IMG/VR virus record: IMGVR_UViG_3300034272_002779
Length of the DNA: 64,000 bases
Reading direction: 5' to 3' (one strand)
Source: an uncultured virus (IMG/VR IMGVR_UViG_3300034272_002779)
Lineage: Duplodnaviria > Heunggongvirae > Uroviricota > Caudoviricetes
Shown in pieces: positions 18,381 through 28,078 of the stretch (within the stretch, counting starts at the first letter, position 1; each line of letters opens with the position of its first letter). The notes under the pieces were generated by a model, which searched no databases, was not told the DNA's origin, and was given only the letters and a program-made list of their open reading frames with translations. The position numbers and the translations under genes are program-made.

Positions 18381-19934
18381 ATGGAAAGGATAAAACTATT
18401 TGAAGCATTCGAGGGAAGATCTCCAGAGATTAGATCTTATCTGAATATGTTCGGTTCTCTAAGCGAGAACATAGCAGCTGCAAAGTCATTCATGCAGAGG
18501 GAGTACGCAAAGAAAAAGAAAATAGATCCCAAGGATCTAACTCCGGAAGAAAGAGAGCAGGCTTTAGATAATAGAGGCTACAAGGAGATACTGAAGCTCA
18601 TTGGGGACAAGCACGGATACGCATCTGCATTTGTCAAGTTTCACTTTGAGCAGGGTGTGCCTATTAATCTTCCGGGTAGAGCAGATGGGGATGGAGAGAT
18701 TAGAGATCTCGCCTCTCTATTCAATCTGATGATCACCAAGAAACACGTGGTGTCCAGAATACCTATGAATATCGATCAGTATGCTGCATCCGATGAGATA
18801 AACGGGGTTAGTGGATTTGAGGCTCTAACTGATGCTATCAGAACCATAGAGAGAGCCGATGGTGCTAAATGGTTTACGGATAGACTACCTAAGAAATCAA
18901 GAGATGGCTTCAGAAGCATGTCCCCCGAGGACAAGAACAGGGTGATCAATGCAGCTTATGCTCTAGAGGATCTCGGAAAGGAGGTCACCGAGAGATTGCT
19001 TTCCAAGATTAAAGCCATGGATTCTTGGACTATAGATCAGGTGATGGATTACACCAACAACTACCTCTCTGGATACAGTAATCTTGAGATGAAGAAGAAA
19101 ATGGACGAGATAGCAGAGCTAGAACCAGGTGCTGGTGTACTCTACTTTGATGACAAGTATCTAGCTATTACGGTTAGAACAGATAAGGCTCAAAGAGCTC
19201 TTTGCTCCATAGCTAACTGGTGCATTAACCGTGGATCCTTTAACAACTATGCAGGAGAAGGAAGCCGAGGAAAGGGAATCCAGGTCAACATCTTCGATTA
19301 CACCAAAGATCCCACAGATCCATATTTCCTAACAGGCACAACAATCAGCAATGACGGTAGAGTTACTGACTCTCACGACATCAACGACAGAAGCATCAAA
19401 AAAGGTACAGAACCAGGAGTTCATTTTAAAGGTCTAGGTTATCCTCAGGACATGGTGGATGATCTAGTAAAAGGTATTCCCATAGAGATAGCAACCAAGA
19501 AGATTCTAGATTCTTTAGGTACAGCCAATGCACTGGAGATGATTAAGAACCTTATCCAATTAAGAAAGGGATTGATCGCTGGAAGAGTGTCTGATGACAT
19601 CTGGGGAAAAGCACTTCAGATCTCTTCGGATATAATCAAGGAAGATTCAGATATAAAGGTAAGCACTATAATACAGCGTTTCAAAGAAAGCGGTATTGTA
19701 ACCGAGAATGGTCTCGTGGTCTTTAAAGCTCTGGCTGGTGACGCCTACACAAGAGAGGATGCTAAAGCCATTATCGAGATGAGCGAGAGAAACTTTAACA
19801 ATATGGTGTACCTTTTAGAGCTTTATGATGAAGGACTCATATCTAATAAAAGTAGTGACATCAATCAAGATGCCATTAGAGAAACCATTAAAAACAAAGA
19901 CGAAGTGCTAGCTAAGCTGAAAGAGGAGCTATAG
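18381..19934 (+). CDS. large tagged hypothetical protein
   Basis: 517 aa; MERIKLFEAFE; NWCI motif. Confidence 0.8.
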   Translation: MERIKLFEAFEGRSPEIRSYLNMFGSLSENIAAAKSFMQREYAKKKKIDPKDLTPEEREQALDNRGYKEILKLIGDKHGYASAFVKFHFEQGVPINLPGRADGDGEIRDLASLFNLMITKKHVVSRIPMNIDQYAASDEINGVSGFEALTDAIRTIERADGAKWFTDRLPKKSRDGFRSMSPEDKNRVINAAYALEDLGKEVTERLLSKIKAMDSWTIDQVMDYTNNYLSGYSNLEMKKKMDEIAELEPGAGVLYFDDKYLAITVRTDKAQRALCSIANWCINRGSFNNYAGEGSRGKGIQVNIFDYTKDPTDPYFLTGTTISNDGRVTDSHDINDRSIKKGTEPGVHFKGLGYPQDMVDDLVKGIPIEIATKKILDSLGTANALEMIKNLIQLRKGLIAGRVSDDIWGKALQISSDIIKEDSDIKVSTIIQRFKESGIVTENGLVVFKALAGDAYTREDAKAIIEMSERNFNNMVYLLELYDEGLISNKSSDINQDAIRETIKNKDEVLAKLKEEL

Positions 19935-19984
19935 AATCTCAGAAACTTTTCGTCGTTTGAGTGTATAAAGGTTAAACCCTGTTC

Positions 19985-20191
19985 ATGACAAAGTCCCGTA
20001 TTAGATTTCATAGATTCTTCACCTTCATGTTGATGTTAATCATGCTCATCATCCTGGTAGACACACTGCCTCAGATGATCATGTATGGCATCGCAGGTTG
20101 GCAACTAGGGGCCTGGGGCAATCTTCTGTATGCTCGGCTAATGGAGATAACAGTGGATCCCTATGATGAGTCTAAGGGAGTGGATGAGTAG
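19985..20191 (+). CDS. small membrane protein
   Basis: Hydrophobic ORF. Confidence 0.6.
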   Translation: MTKSRIRFHRFFTFMLMLIMLIILVDTLPQMIMYGIAGWQLGAWGNLLYARLMEITVDPYDESKGVDE

Positions 20192-20242
20192 GATCGGATT
20201 ATGTTCCGTCTCTCGTGATACATAAGATAAAATAGATAAGCT

Positions 20243-20446
20243 ATGACAGATTCAAATTCAAATCCAGGTAATCCTTTCTCTTTCATGGTGACTTTGCTTT
20301 TTGCTTTGATCGCTTATGTCAGCATCATGTTAATGTCTTCTTGTAAGTCTTCCAAGACACACTGTGATGCCTATGGAGATCTTAAGAGACAGCATGATGC
20401 GTATCACGGTAAAGAAGTGACTGTGGTTAAAGAAGTAACCAAATAG
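20243..20446 (+). CDS. putative lipoprotein
   Basis: Hydrophobic stretch then MSSC (Bacteroidota-style lipobox), CDAY motif. Confidence 0.6.
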   Translation: MTDSNSNPGNPFSFMVTLLFALIAYVSIMLMSSCKSSKTHCDAYGDLKRQHDAYHGKEVTVVKEVTK

Positions 20447-20448
20447 GC

Positions 20449-20673
20449 ATGGGAGATCACAGACACACCACTACCCAATGCACCTCAGTGCCTGTGAGCA
20501 CCCCGCATGGAGACGGAGAGCTACAGGCTCTTTACATATCTGAGCTTGGCTTCCTGATGGCCAAGGTCTACTTCAAAGAGACTGGGGTCTGGACCACATG
20601 GAATCTCGGACCTCATGACATTCGTAAATCACCACTCTCTAAGGCTATCCACGATCAGGAGTGGGTTTTATAA
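20449..20673 (+). CDS. hypothetical protein
   Basis: YISELGFLM motif. Confidence 0.65.
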   Translation: MGDHRHTTTQCTSVPVSTPHGDGELQALYISELGFLMAKVYFKETGVWTTWNLGPHDIRKSPLSKAIHDQEWVL

Positions 20674-20682
20674 TACACCTCT

Positions 20683-20814
20683 ATGCTACGTAAACTCTGG
20701 AGAACTATAGACAGAAAAGTGATGGATACATCTGACTACACCTTAGCTATGCTTTTGATAGGTTTGGTTATAGGTACATTTGCTGCTCTCTGTCTACTAA
20801 CTCTTCTACCATAA
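20683..20814 (+). CDS. 43 aa membrane peptide (not in ORF track)
   Basis: MLRKLW...LLIGLVIGTFAALCLL. Confidence 0.5.
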   Translation: MLRKLWRTIDRKVMDTSDYTLAMLLIGLVIGTFAALCLLTLLP

Positions 20815-20827
20815 CAATATATAGTTT

Positions 20828-21220
20828 ATGAAACATCTTAGAAGATTTAATGAGAGCGCAAACACAAACCTAGAGGAGATTACTCCAGGTAGATTTGTGT
20901 ATCACTTGTCTGCACCAGTATACAGAGACCAGATAGAAAGAATCGGGTTACTTCCTAAAAGAGGGGAACAGTGGTTAACCAATACTCCAATTGAGGGAGA
21001 AGCTATATTTGCAACTGATAGTGATAACGAGGAAGATTGGTACGATTCCTCTTATGATGACGATGTTTATGAGATAGACACGGATAAAATTAGTAATAAG
21101 TGGTACGTGGATCCTAATTTCCAAGTTCAAGACTACTCCAAACACATAGTTACCTTTGATAAAATACCTTCATCTGCAATCTCTCTAATACATAGAGGAA
21201 CTGGGGATTCTAAATACTAG
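20828..21220 (+). CDS. tagged ART-fold-like protein
   Basis: MKHLRRFNES; VYH.S....I...GL.P ... IP.SAI. Confidence 0.6.
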   Translation: MKHLRRFNESANTNLEEITPGRFVYHLSAPVYRDQIERIGLLPKRGEQWLTNTPIEGEAIFATDSDNEEDWYDSSYDDDVYEIDTDKISNKWYVDPNFQVQDYSKHIVTFDKIPSSAISLIHRGTGDSKY

Positions 21221-21224
21221 ACTA

Positions 21225-21470
21225 TACCCACTTTGCATATTTAGACGGTTTCACTTTGCATATTTAGACCGTTTTGCTACTCACTTTTAGACTCATATAA
21301 CATAGACATATCCCTGGAGGCCGGCCCTCCTGGAGCACCCACCCCAAATTTTGGCCCCCGGCCAAATCTGGAACCCCCAGTTTTAGACCCGGGGGATGCA
21401 GGTCCTTTCTATGGGGGACCCAAACCGCGTTTTCACGCACGCGAAAGGACGGAGAGTACGGGGATGATGG
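21225..21470. other. non-coding island with direct repeat and GC-rich hairpins
   Basis: CACTTTGCATATTTAGAC twice; several inverted repeats (TTTGGCC/GGCCAAA, CGCG/CGCG). Confidence 0.6.
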
Positions 21471-21496
21471 CGGGATATATAGACGAGGATATGCCT

Positions 21497-22240
21497 ATGA
21501 AGAATCTAAAGACCTATAAGATGTTTGAGAGTGTGGGTGAGCTTACACCGGAGCAGATCGAGTGGCTTGATGAGTGCACTGATGGTACCTGGACACTCAA
21601 TCCACAAACAGGACTGGTTGATGTGAAGAGGGATTTCTATTGTACTGGAGAGAACCTGACAGATTTCAAAGGAGTTAGGTTTGGGGTGGTCGAAGGAGAT
21701 TTCAATTGCCATAACAATCAGCTCACCACACTGGAGGGAGCACCTCATGAGGTTGGTGGAAATTTCGATTGCGACAACAATCAGCTCACCACACTGGAGG
21801 GAGCACCGCGGAAGGTTGGAGATATTTTCGGTTGTAGAGGAAACCAGCTCACCTCACTGGTGGGAGCACCTCATGAGGTTGGTAGTGATTTCTATTGCCA
21901 TAACAATCAGCTCACCACACTGGAGGGAGCACCACAACGGGTTGGAAGGAATTTCAGATGTGACAACAACCAGCTCACTTCTCTAGTGGGAGCACCACAG
22001 GATGTTGAAGGGGATTTCTATTGTGGGGACAACCCAGTTTCTGAAGAGACACTCGATAACATATTCTACCGCATGACGGAAGGAGAGAGTTATATCAAGG
22101 CTGTAGAGTCTCTCTGGAGCAAGATTCCGTTAGAAGATCAGGTGCTGCTATACAGACCTGAGTTTGAGTGGGTAAGTCCAGAGGAGAGAAGAAAGCTGGA
22201 AGCGTTAAAGGCTTACCATGGATTTAAAGGTATGATATAA
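21497..22240 (+). CDS. LRR-like 22-aa repeat protein, tagged
   Basis: NNQLT(T/S)L(E/V)GAPxxVGxxFxC repeated about 5 times; MKNLKTYKMFES. Confidence 0.85.
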   Translation: MKNLKTYKMFESVGELTPEQIEWLDECTDGTWTLNPQTGLVDVKRDFYCTGENLTDFKGVRFGVVEGDFNCHNNQLTTLEGAPHEVGGNFDCDNNQLTTLEGAPRKVGDIFGCRGNQLTSLVGAPHEVGSDFYCHNNQLTTLEGAPQRVGRNFRCDNNQLTSLVGAPQDVEGDFYCGDNPVSEETLDNIFYRMTEGESYIKAVESLWSKIPLEDQVLLYRPEFEWVSPEERRKLEALKAYHGFKGMI

Positions 22241-22987
22241 ATGAAGAATCTAAAGACCTATAAGATGTTTGAGAGTGTGGGTGAGCTTACACCGGAACAG
22301 ATGAACTTTATGAACATGTGTGCACCGGAGGGAAATTGGCAATTTAATCCAGAGACTGGAGAGGTTGACGTGGATGGAAATTTTGGCTGCTCTCGTATGG
22401 ATCTGCCAGATTTTAAAGGGATACGATTCGGTGAGGTCACAGGAGATTTCCTATGCAGAACGAATAGACTCACTTCGTTAGAAGGAGCACCCCGTGAAGT
22501 TGGTGGTGAATTTGATTGCAGGGATAATCAGATCACTTCACTAGAGGGAGCACCACAGAAAGTGGGCACCGATTTTGACTGCGGAAGAAATCAGCTCACT
22601 TCACTGGTAGGAGCACCACAGGAGATAGCTGGAACTTTCGGCTGCGAGGAGAACAATCTAGAAAACCTAATTGGAGCACCTAGAAGAGTTGGTGAAGACT
22701 TCTGGTGCAGACGAAATCAACTCACCTCACTGGAGGGTGTTCCAGAGAGAATTGGAGACACACTCTATTCTGGTAAGAATCCAGTTTCTGAGGACGCATT
22801 CTTAAGCATCTATGATATGATGAACAAAGGCGAATCTTACATAGGAGCTGTTGAAGCTGTTTGGCCGGAACTTGGTGGCGAAGACAAGATGCTCCTATAT
22901 CGTCCCGAATTCTCTTGGGTTAGTGGAGATGAGCTTAAAGGAATCAAGGCAATGCTTGCCTACAAGGGGATTAAATTTATGCTGTGA
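22241..22987 (+). CDS. LRR-like repeat protein, paralog
   Basis: Same repeats; first 56 nt identical to the previous gene. Confidence 0.85.
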   Translation: MKNLKTYKMFESVGELTPEQMNFMNMCAPEGNWQFNPETGEVDVDGNFGCSRMDLPDFKGIRFGEVTGDFLCRTNRLTSLEGAPREVGGEFDCRDNQITSLEGAPQKVGTDFDCGRNQLTSLVGAPQEIAGTFGCEENNLENLIGAPRRVGEDFWCRRNQLTSLEGVPERIGDTLYSGKNPVSEDAFLSIYDMMNKGESYIGAVEAVWPELGGEDKMLLYRPEFSWVSGDELKGIKAMLAYKGIKFML

Positions 22988-23015
22988 TCCCAGTCAAAAC
23001 AAATAATTTCAGAGA

Positions 23016-23729
23016 ATGAAAAAAATATCCGAGTTAATTACCATAGTTATTCCGTGCAAAAACGAGGAGAAGTACATAGGCAAAACTCTAAGCAGCATCT
23101 CGGGCCAATTAGGGGTTGATGGGATTAGAGTAATTGTAGCAGATGCCAATTCAACGGACCGAACTAGAGAGATCATAGGGGAATGTCAGAAGAAGCTAAA
23201 CAAGCTTAACATAGAAATCATAGAGGGAGGTCCGGTTTCTGTTGGTAGAAATAGAGGAGCATCTCTGGTAGAAACCCCGTATGTACTATTCATAGATGCT
23301 GATACCGAATTGATAGAGCACGACATTATTAGCCAAGCTGCTTTCTTTACAGCCAGCTACCATCTCATAACATGCAAAACAGTAAGCTCCTCAACATCCA
23401 TAAAATCTAAGGTGATTTTTCGAGCATTCAATTTTATGAGAGCCTGTCTAATGGTTAAGCCTTTCTGCACAGGCGTGTTCTTTTTGACCAGCATGGACAG
23501 ATTTGTTCACCTGGGAGGATTTGATGAAACAGTAACAAATAGCGAGGATTACTTGCTAAGCAAAAAATATAGGGGATTTGAATTCCTAATCATGAACAGA
23601 AGAGTCACTCAGGATGACCGCAGATTTAAAAATATGGGATATTTCAAATTTCTAAAAATGCTCTGTCTCAACTATCTGAATAGAAACGATCTGAACCATT
23701 TTCGTAAAAACATAAACTATTGGCAATGA
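23016..23729 (+). CDS. glycosyltransferase family 2
   Basis: IVIPCKNEE...DANSTD...FIDAD...GGFDE...SED. Confidence 0.9.
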   Translation: MKKISELITIVIPCKNEEKYIGKTLSSISGQLGVDGIRVIVADANSTDRTREIIGECQKKLNKLNIEIIEGGPVSVGRNRGASLVETPYVLFIDADTELIEHDIISQAAFFTASYHLITCKTVSSSTSIKSKVIFRAFNFMRACLMVKPFCTGVFFLTSMDRFVHLGGFDETVTNSEDYLLSKKYRGFEFLIMNRRVTQDDRRFKNMGYFKFLKMLCLNYLNRNDLNHFRKNINYWQ

Positions 23730-24418
23730 AAAAAGTAGAAGCTTTATTTATATCGGATGTTCACCTTGGATCAAAGGGCAGCAATTCCGAAAAGTTATTA
23801 TCCATATTAAAAGAACACGATCCGGAATATCTCTTTATTGTTGGTGATTTTATCGATGGCTGGTTGCTGAAGAAGAGACATTACTGGACACAAGACTTCA
23901 CCAACGTTATTCGTAAAATATTGTCATATAGTAAAAATGGAACCAAAGTGGTTTATGTGACAGGAAATCATGACGAATTTCTACGAAGTTATACCCCGCT
24001 AACATTCTCTGAGAACATTCAGATAGTCGACGAATACACCTGGAACAACTACTACATAGTTCACGGAGATCAATTTGACGGAATTGTGAAGATGAAATGG
24101 CTGGGCATGCTAGGATCTTGGGGTTATGAGTTTGCAATTTGGATAGATCGGATTCTGAAAAAATTCGGTAACAAAAAATCTCTAAGCAAATTTCTTAAGA
24201 AGAACGTTAAGGATGCCATCAAATTCATTACCAATTTCGAAAAACAAGCAGCTTATCAGGCAAGGATAAGAGGATGCGAGGGTGTAATATGTGGACACAT
24301 CCACACACCATGCGATTCTAAAATAGGTGATATTCGATATTTGAACTGTGGAGATTGGATAGAGAACAACAGCTATATTGTGTTCAAGAATGGTAAATTC
24401 GCCATTAAATTCTATTGA
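23726..24418 (+). CDS. LpxH-like metallophosphoesterase (UDP-2,3-diacylglucosamine hydrolase family)
   Basis: SDVHLG, GDFID, GNHD, HGD, GHIH, NCGDW. Confidence 0.85.
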   Translation: MKKVEALFISDVHLGSKGSNSEKLLSILKEHDPEYLFIVGDFIDGWLLKKRHYWTQDFTNVIRKILSYSKNGTKVVYVTGNHDEFLRSYTPLTFSENIQIVDEYTWNNYYIVHGDQFDGIVKMKWLGMLGSWGYEFAIWIDRILKKFGNKKSLSKFLKKNVKDAIKFITNFEKQAAYQARIRGCEGVICGHIHTPCDSKIGDIRYLNCGDWIENNSYIVFKNGKFAIKFY

Positions 24419-24448
24419 TGTCAGCAATATATAGAATATCGAATAAAT

Positions 24449-25084
24449 ATGAAGAATCTAAAAACATATCAGCAACTTTTCGAATCCGCCAAGGATGATC
24501 TAGGATACGGACTCGATGACGTAAGAAAACTTACACTATACAAGGCTTTACTTGCTTTGGGGTGGGAAGACATCTCTACCGATAGAGGCGAGAATGATCT
24601 GACTATTAAGCTTAAACACCCAAAACATGGGGATTATAAGTATCTGACGGTTCAGGCTAACGGCCAAGTCAGAACATACTACAGGGGAAACTACTACCCG
24701 TGGATCACTTATAAAATGAGACCAAAGGTCAAGAGAGAGTATGGAGATCGTTATAAAAATGCTGCAGACTGGAACGATTCCCTTCTTTACCTTTTAAACT
24801 GGACTTACAAGACAATGGGAATGGGCCTTAATCTTAAAGGAGTAGGGAAAAAGATTGGCGGTTGGAAAAGTGGTTCCGAGTATTCTATTCCCGACGATAT
24901 TCTGATCGATCTTCTGGAGCATATGTTCAGAGAGGGAGACCCTGAGATATTTCTTTCTGTTTACTCCAACTCTGACGATGACGTAAGAGAGAAATTAGTC
25001 AAAAGACTGAATATTGACGACGACAGGATAAATAAGATCATGAATGCCAAGATCAATGTCGGGTCAGCTATGAAATTTACATAA
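24449..25084 (+). CDS. tagged hypothetical protein
   Basis: MKNLKTYQQLFES; AATATATA upstream. Confidence 0.75.
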   Translation: MKNLKTYQQLFESAKDDLGYGLDDVRKLTLYKALLALGWEDISTDRGENDLTIKLKHPKHGDYKYLTVQANGQVRTYYRGNYYPWITYKMRPKVKREYGDRYKNAADWNDSLLYLLNWTYKTMGMGLNLKGVGKKIGGWKSGSEYSIPDDILIDLLEHMFREGDPEIFLSVYSNSDDDVREKLVKRLNIDDDRINKIMNAKINVGSAMKFT

Positions 25085-25086
25085 AT

Positions 25087-25707
25087 ATGAAACACCTTAA
25101 TAACTGGAAACTATTCGAATCTGAAGAGGAACAAGGGCAAGGACAAGAACCGGAAATCGGATCTAAAAATAGGTACCAAGGATTCTGTCTAACCGCTTCC
25201 TGGTCATATGATCGTAGTGACGCAGCCACTCTAATGGTTGCAGCTAGCTGTCTAACTCTTCAGGAATTCTTTAATCATGTTTGGACAGAATTTAGCGGAG
25301 ACGAGGACGAGTACGAGGACTTATCCGATATTCAGGATATTAGCGATTTAATAGATCATATTGCTGATTCCATGGAGATTTATCCGGATTGGGAATTATG
25401 GTGTGGTTTGGAGCCTAAACGACAGGAAAGCGATATGGATTCTTCATCTTTAGCCAATCCAATAATATCAGCCAACATACTAAATTCAATGTTCAGTAAT
25501 GTTCAGGAAATCATGGGCAGCAATAGCAAGAGCACCAAAGACGACGAGAATATGGCTATAGCTAGATCCATAGAGAACTCACCAGAGCTTATATCAATGT
25601 ACATTAACTACCCTAAATTTGATGAGATTAAAAAATTCATCAATTTGGATAATAAAAAAATAGATCTGCTCATCAACTACTATCAGAATATAAAGGGAAT
25701 GATCTAA
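25087..25707 (+). CDS. tagged acidic hypothetical protein
   Basis: MKHLNNWKLFES; ends IKGMI. Confidence 0.75.
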   Translation: MKHLNNWKLFESEEEQGQGQEPEIGSKNRYQGFCLTASWSYDRSDAATLMVAASCLTLQEFFNHVWTEFSGDEDEYEDLSDIQDISDLIDHIADSMEIYPDWELWCGLEPKRQESDMDSSSLANPIISANILNSMFSNVQEIMGSNSKSTKDDENMAIARSIENSPELISMYINYPKFDEIKKFINLDNKKIDLLINYYQNIKGMI

Positions 25708-26219
25708 TGAAGCATCTAAAGCCATACGACGTATTTTCTGATTTATCCCACATAGACGAGGCTATATCATGGTCTGATGTTAAATCAGCATATAAAAGAG
25801 CTAAACATGTGGCTATGAATGTTATTAGAGCTTTTAAACACGAGGGCAAAGAAACTGCTGATATGATGAGGGTTTTTAATTATCAGCTAAGAAAGAAATT
25901 AAATCTAGAAACTAGAAGAGATGCTCCGAGTCCAGAAGAAATTACTAGCGCTCTCGAACAGCTAAAGGATATTCCAAAACTTGCTCCTTATGCGGTTATT
26001 CTACTTACATCCCCAATTCCATTTTCATCTACCATGTACACTGGAGCTGCTATCTACCTCAAGAAAGTGACCAGGGGATATCTTAACTTACTACCTGATT
26101 CGTTCTCTGATGTGTTTAAAGGAATAGAAGACAGCGAGGTTGAGATAGAAAGGGATAGAAAGGAAATTGAATTCAAAGAGGATCCGCAAGATCCAGCAAA
26201 GTGGATAGATGTTAAATAG
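25707..26219 (+). CDS. tagged hypothetical protein with hydrophobic segment
   Basis: MKHLKPYDVF..IDEA. Confidence 0.75.
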   Translation: MKHLKPYDVFSDLSHIDEAISWSDVKSAYKRAKHVAMNVIRAFKHEGKETADMMRVFNYQLRKKLNLETRRDAPSPEEITSALEQLKDIPKLAPYAVILLTSPIPFSSTMYTGAAIYLKKVTRGYLNLLPDSFSDVFKGIEDSEVEIERDRKEIEFKEDPQDPAKWIDVK

Positions 26220-26221
26220 TT

Positions 26222-26533
26222 CTATCTGAACTTACCTGGATAAATCATTCTCCATTCGTGCCCAGCAGGTACATCACTTACTTTAACGCCAAAGATCTTT
26301 TTTTCCGGACATGGAGATTTTCCATCTATTAGAAATCCGTTATTACAAGCCCATGTTTCAATATTTCTTGTATAGTGCTGACCGGGGGAATATGGAAAAT
26401 TTACACCAGAGTTATTTTCTATGGAAGTTATTCTCCCTCCCAGAACGATAAGATTGATCTTTCTTCCAGATCTTGATGTCAGCTCAATCTCCCTTTCCTG
26501 GGAGAAGTTCTCGTATAATTCTATGTTTTCCAT
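26222..26533 (-). CDS. tagged hypothetical protein
   Basis: MENIELYENF; divergent GATATATA. Confidence 0.7.
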   Translation of the reverse strand: MENIELYENFSQEREIELTSRSGRKINLIVLGGRITSIENNSGVNFPYSPGQHYTRNIETWACNNGFLIDGKSPCPEKKIFGVKVSDVPAGHEWRMIYPGKFR

Positions 26534-26539
26534 GATACT

Positions 26540-26568
26540 CTATATATCCAAAATTTTAGATATATAAG
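26540..26568. promoter_or_regulatory. back-to-back GATATATA late-type promoters (representative; >20 copies in window)
   Basis: TATATATC (minus) and GATATATA (plus) serve divergent tagged genes. Confidence 0.7.
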
Positions 26569-26573
26569 GGAGA

Positions 26574-27470
26574 ATGAAAAACCTGGTCACATATAGGGTA
26601 TTTGAAAACGAAGCAGAGCCGATCCGGAAGGTGTTTAATAGGGAACAGCTTTCTTGGTTAGATAAGTGTACGGAGGGATCTTGGAAGTATAATCCGGCAA
26701 CGGGAAAAATAGACGTTAATGGATCTTTCGATTGTTCTAATCAAGGATTAACTGATTTTAAAGGTATCGAATTTGGAGACGTTAAGGAACAATTCAGATG
26801 CAATGGAAATAAACTGACCTCCTTAGATGGTTCTCCGGAAAGAGTAAAAGACTTCGTTTGCAGTAAAAACTTATTAAAGAATCTTATAGGTGGACCAAAA
26901 GAGGTTAATACCTATCACGCGGGTGGAAATGAATTAGTTAGTATGGAAGGATCTCCCGCTAGAGTAAACGGTCCTATGTCGGTAAGAGACAACCTGCTGG
27001 AATCTTTAGTCGGTTCACCCGAATATATCGGAGGAGATTTTAGTTGTCCTGATAACAGACTAGAGACAATGGTGGGTGCACCTAGAAAAATAGAAGGGGA
27101 TTTTAACTGTGCTGATAACTATCTAAAAGATTTAACTGGAATCCCAAATGAAATTGGAGGGAGCATTAGCCTATACGGTAACAATATATCATCTCTCAAG
27201 GGAATAGATGATCTGGTATCACTTGGATACTTAAGGTACCATTCATCGTGGTTTTCAGAAAATCCGTTGTCCAAAGATACCGCTGTTCTCATAGTGGATG
27301 AGATGAGCGAGAAAGATCTTGAATATGGTGAAGTTTTAAGAAAAGTATGGGAAGATATACCCGATGAGGACAAGGTTCTTCTTTATAAAGATCTACCCGG
27401 ATTAACCGACGAAGAAGCTAAAGCTTATAGAGCTCTAGCAGGATTTCTTGGTATGAGACACCTACTATGA
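26574..27470 (+). CDS. LRR-like repeat protein, third paralog
   Basis: N.L.SL.GSP..V...F.C repeats; MKNLVTYRVFE. Confidence 0.85.
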   Translation: MKNLVTYRVFENEAEPIRKVFNREQLSWLDKCTEGSWKYNPATGKIDVNGSFDCSNQGLTDFKGIEFGDVKEQFRCNGNKLTSLDGSPERVKDFVCSKNLLKNLIGGPKEVNTYHAGGNELVSMEGSPARVNGPMSVRDNLLESLVGSPEYIGGDFSCPDNRLETMVGAPRKIEGDFNCADNYLKDLTGIPNEIGGSISLYGNNISSLKGIDDLVSLGYLRYHSSWFSENPLSKDTAVLIVDEMSEKDLEYGEVLRKVWEDIPDEDKVLLYKDLPGLTDEEAKAYRALAGFLGMRHLL

Positions 27471-27594
27471 TTCGCAATTAATCCTATGAGCAAGAATCCA
27501 TCTTGCTATCTTGAAATCTTTAGCCCTATTTATAATAAGACCGTGTTGATAACATATCTCTTTAAGCAGAGGCATCATTATCGAAATTTTCTGT

Positions 27595-28053
27595 TTACCT
27601 AATTCCATTTTTCTTTCTAATTTTCTCTAATGTGCTATCCAGAGAATGGTTGATCCTAGACAGGACCTCATTCTTGAAAGCGTTTCTTCTAATTGCCATC
27701 TCCCTAATGAACTTCTCCGACATATAATGTTCTAGAGCCATGCTAATGTGAACATCATACCCAAAAACGGAATTGATGATCTTAACATTTCTGCTCTCTA
27801 GAAAGATGAATATCTTTTTATCAGGCGATGATATGTAGCACTCCTGAGTAGTAATATCATAATATAATTTACTCTCTCTATCGTGAAGTATCTCTAAAAA
27901 TATCTGCAGTGCGGTATCCTCTGATTTAGATAGCTTCTGTGGTCTTTTTAACTTCCTATTATTTGAGCCAGATCTTACTATTCTTCCCCATCTTGTAAAG
28001 ATAATTCTTCTGAGTCTTCTTAATCCAGATCTGAATTTCTCGCTCCAAGCCAT
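27595..28053 (-). CDS. hypothetical basic protein
   Basis: ORF downstream of the sigma gene. Confidence 0.7.
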   Translation of the reverse strand: MAWSEKFRSGLRRLRRIIFTRWGRIVRSGSNNRKLKRPQKLSKSEDTALQIFLEILHDRESKLYYDITTQECYISSPDKKIFIFLESRNVKIINSVFGYDVHISMALEHYMSEKFIREMAIRRNAFKNEVLSRINHSLDSTLEKIRKKNGIR

Positions 28054-28078
28054 TGTTTATGTTTTAAAAGTTAACAAA

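Noticed and set aside
21497..22987. Diversity-generating retroelement in the LRR repeats
   Set aside because: Differences are not adenine-specific and there is no reverse transcriptase in the window.
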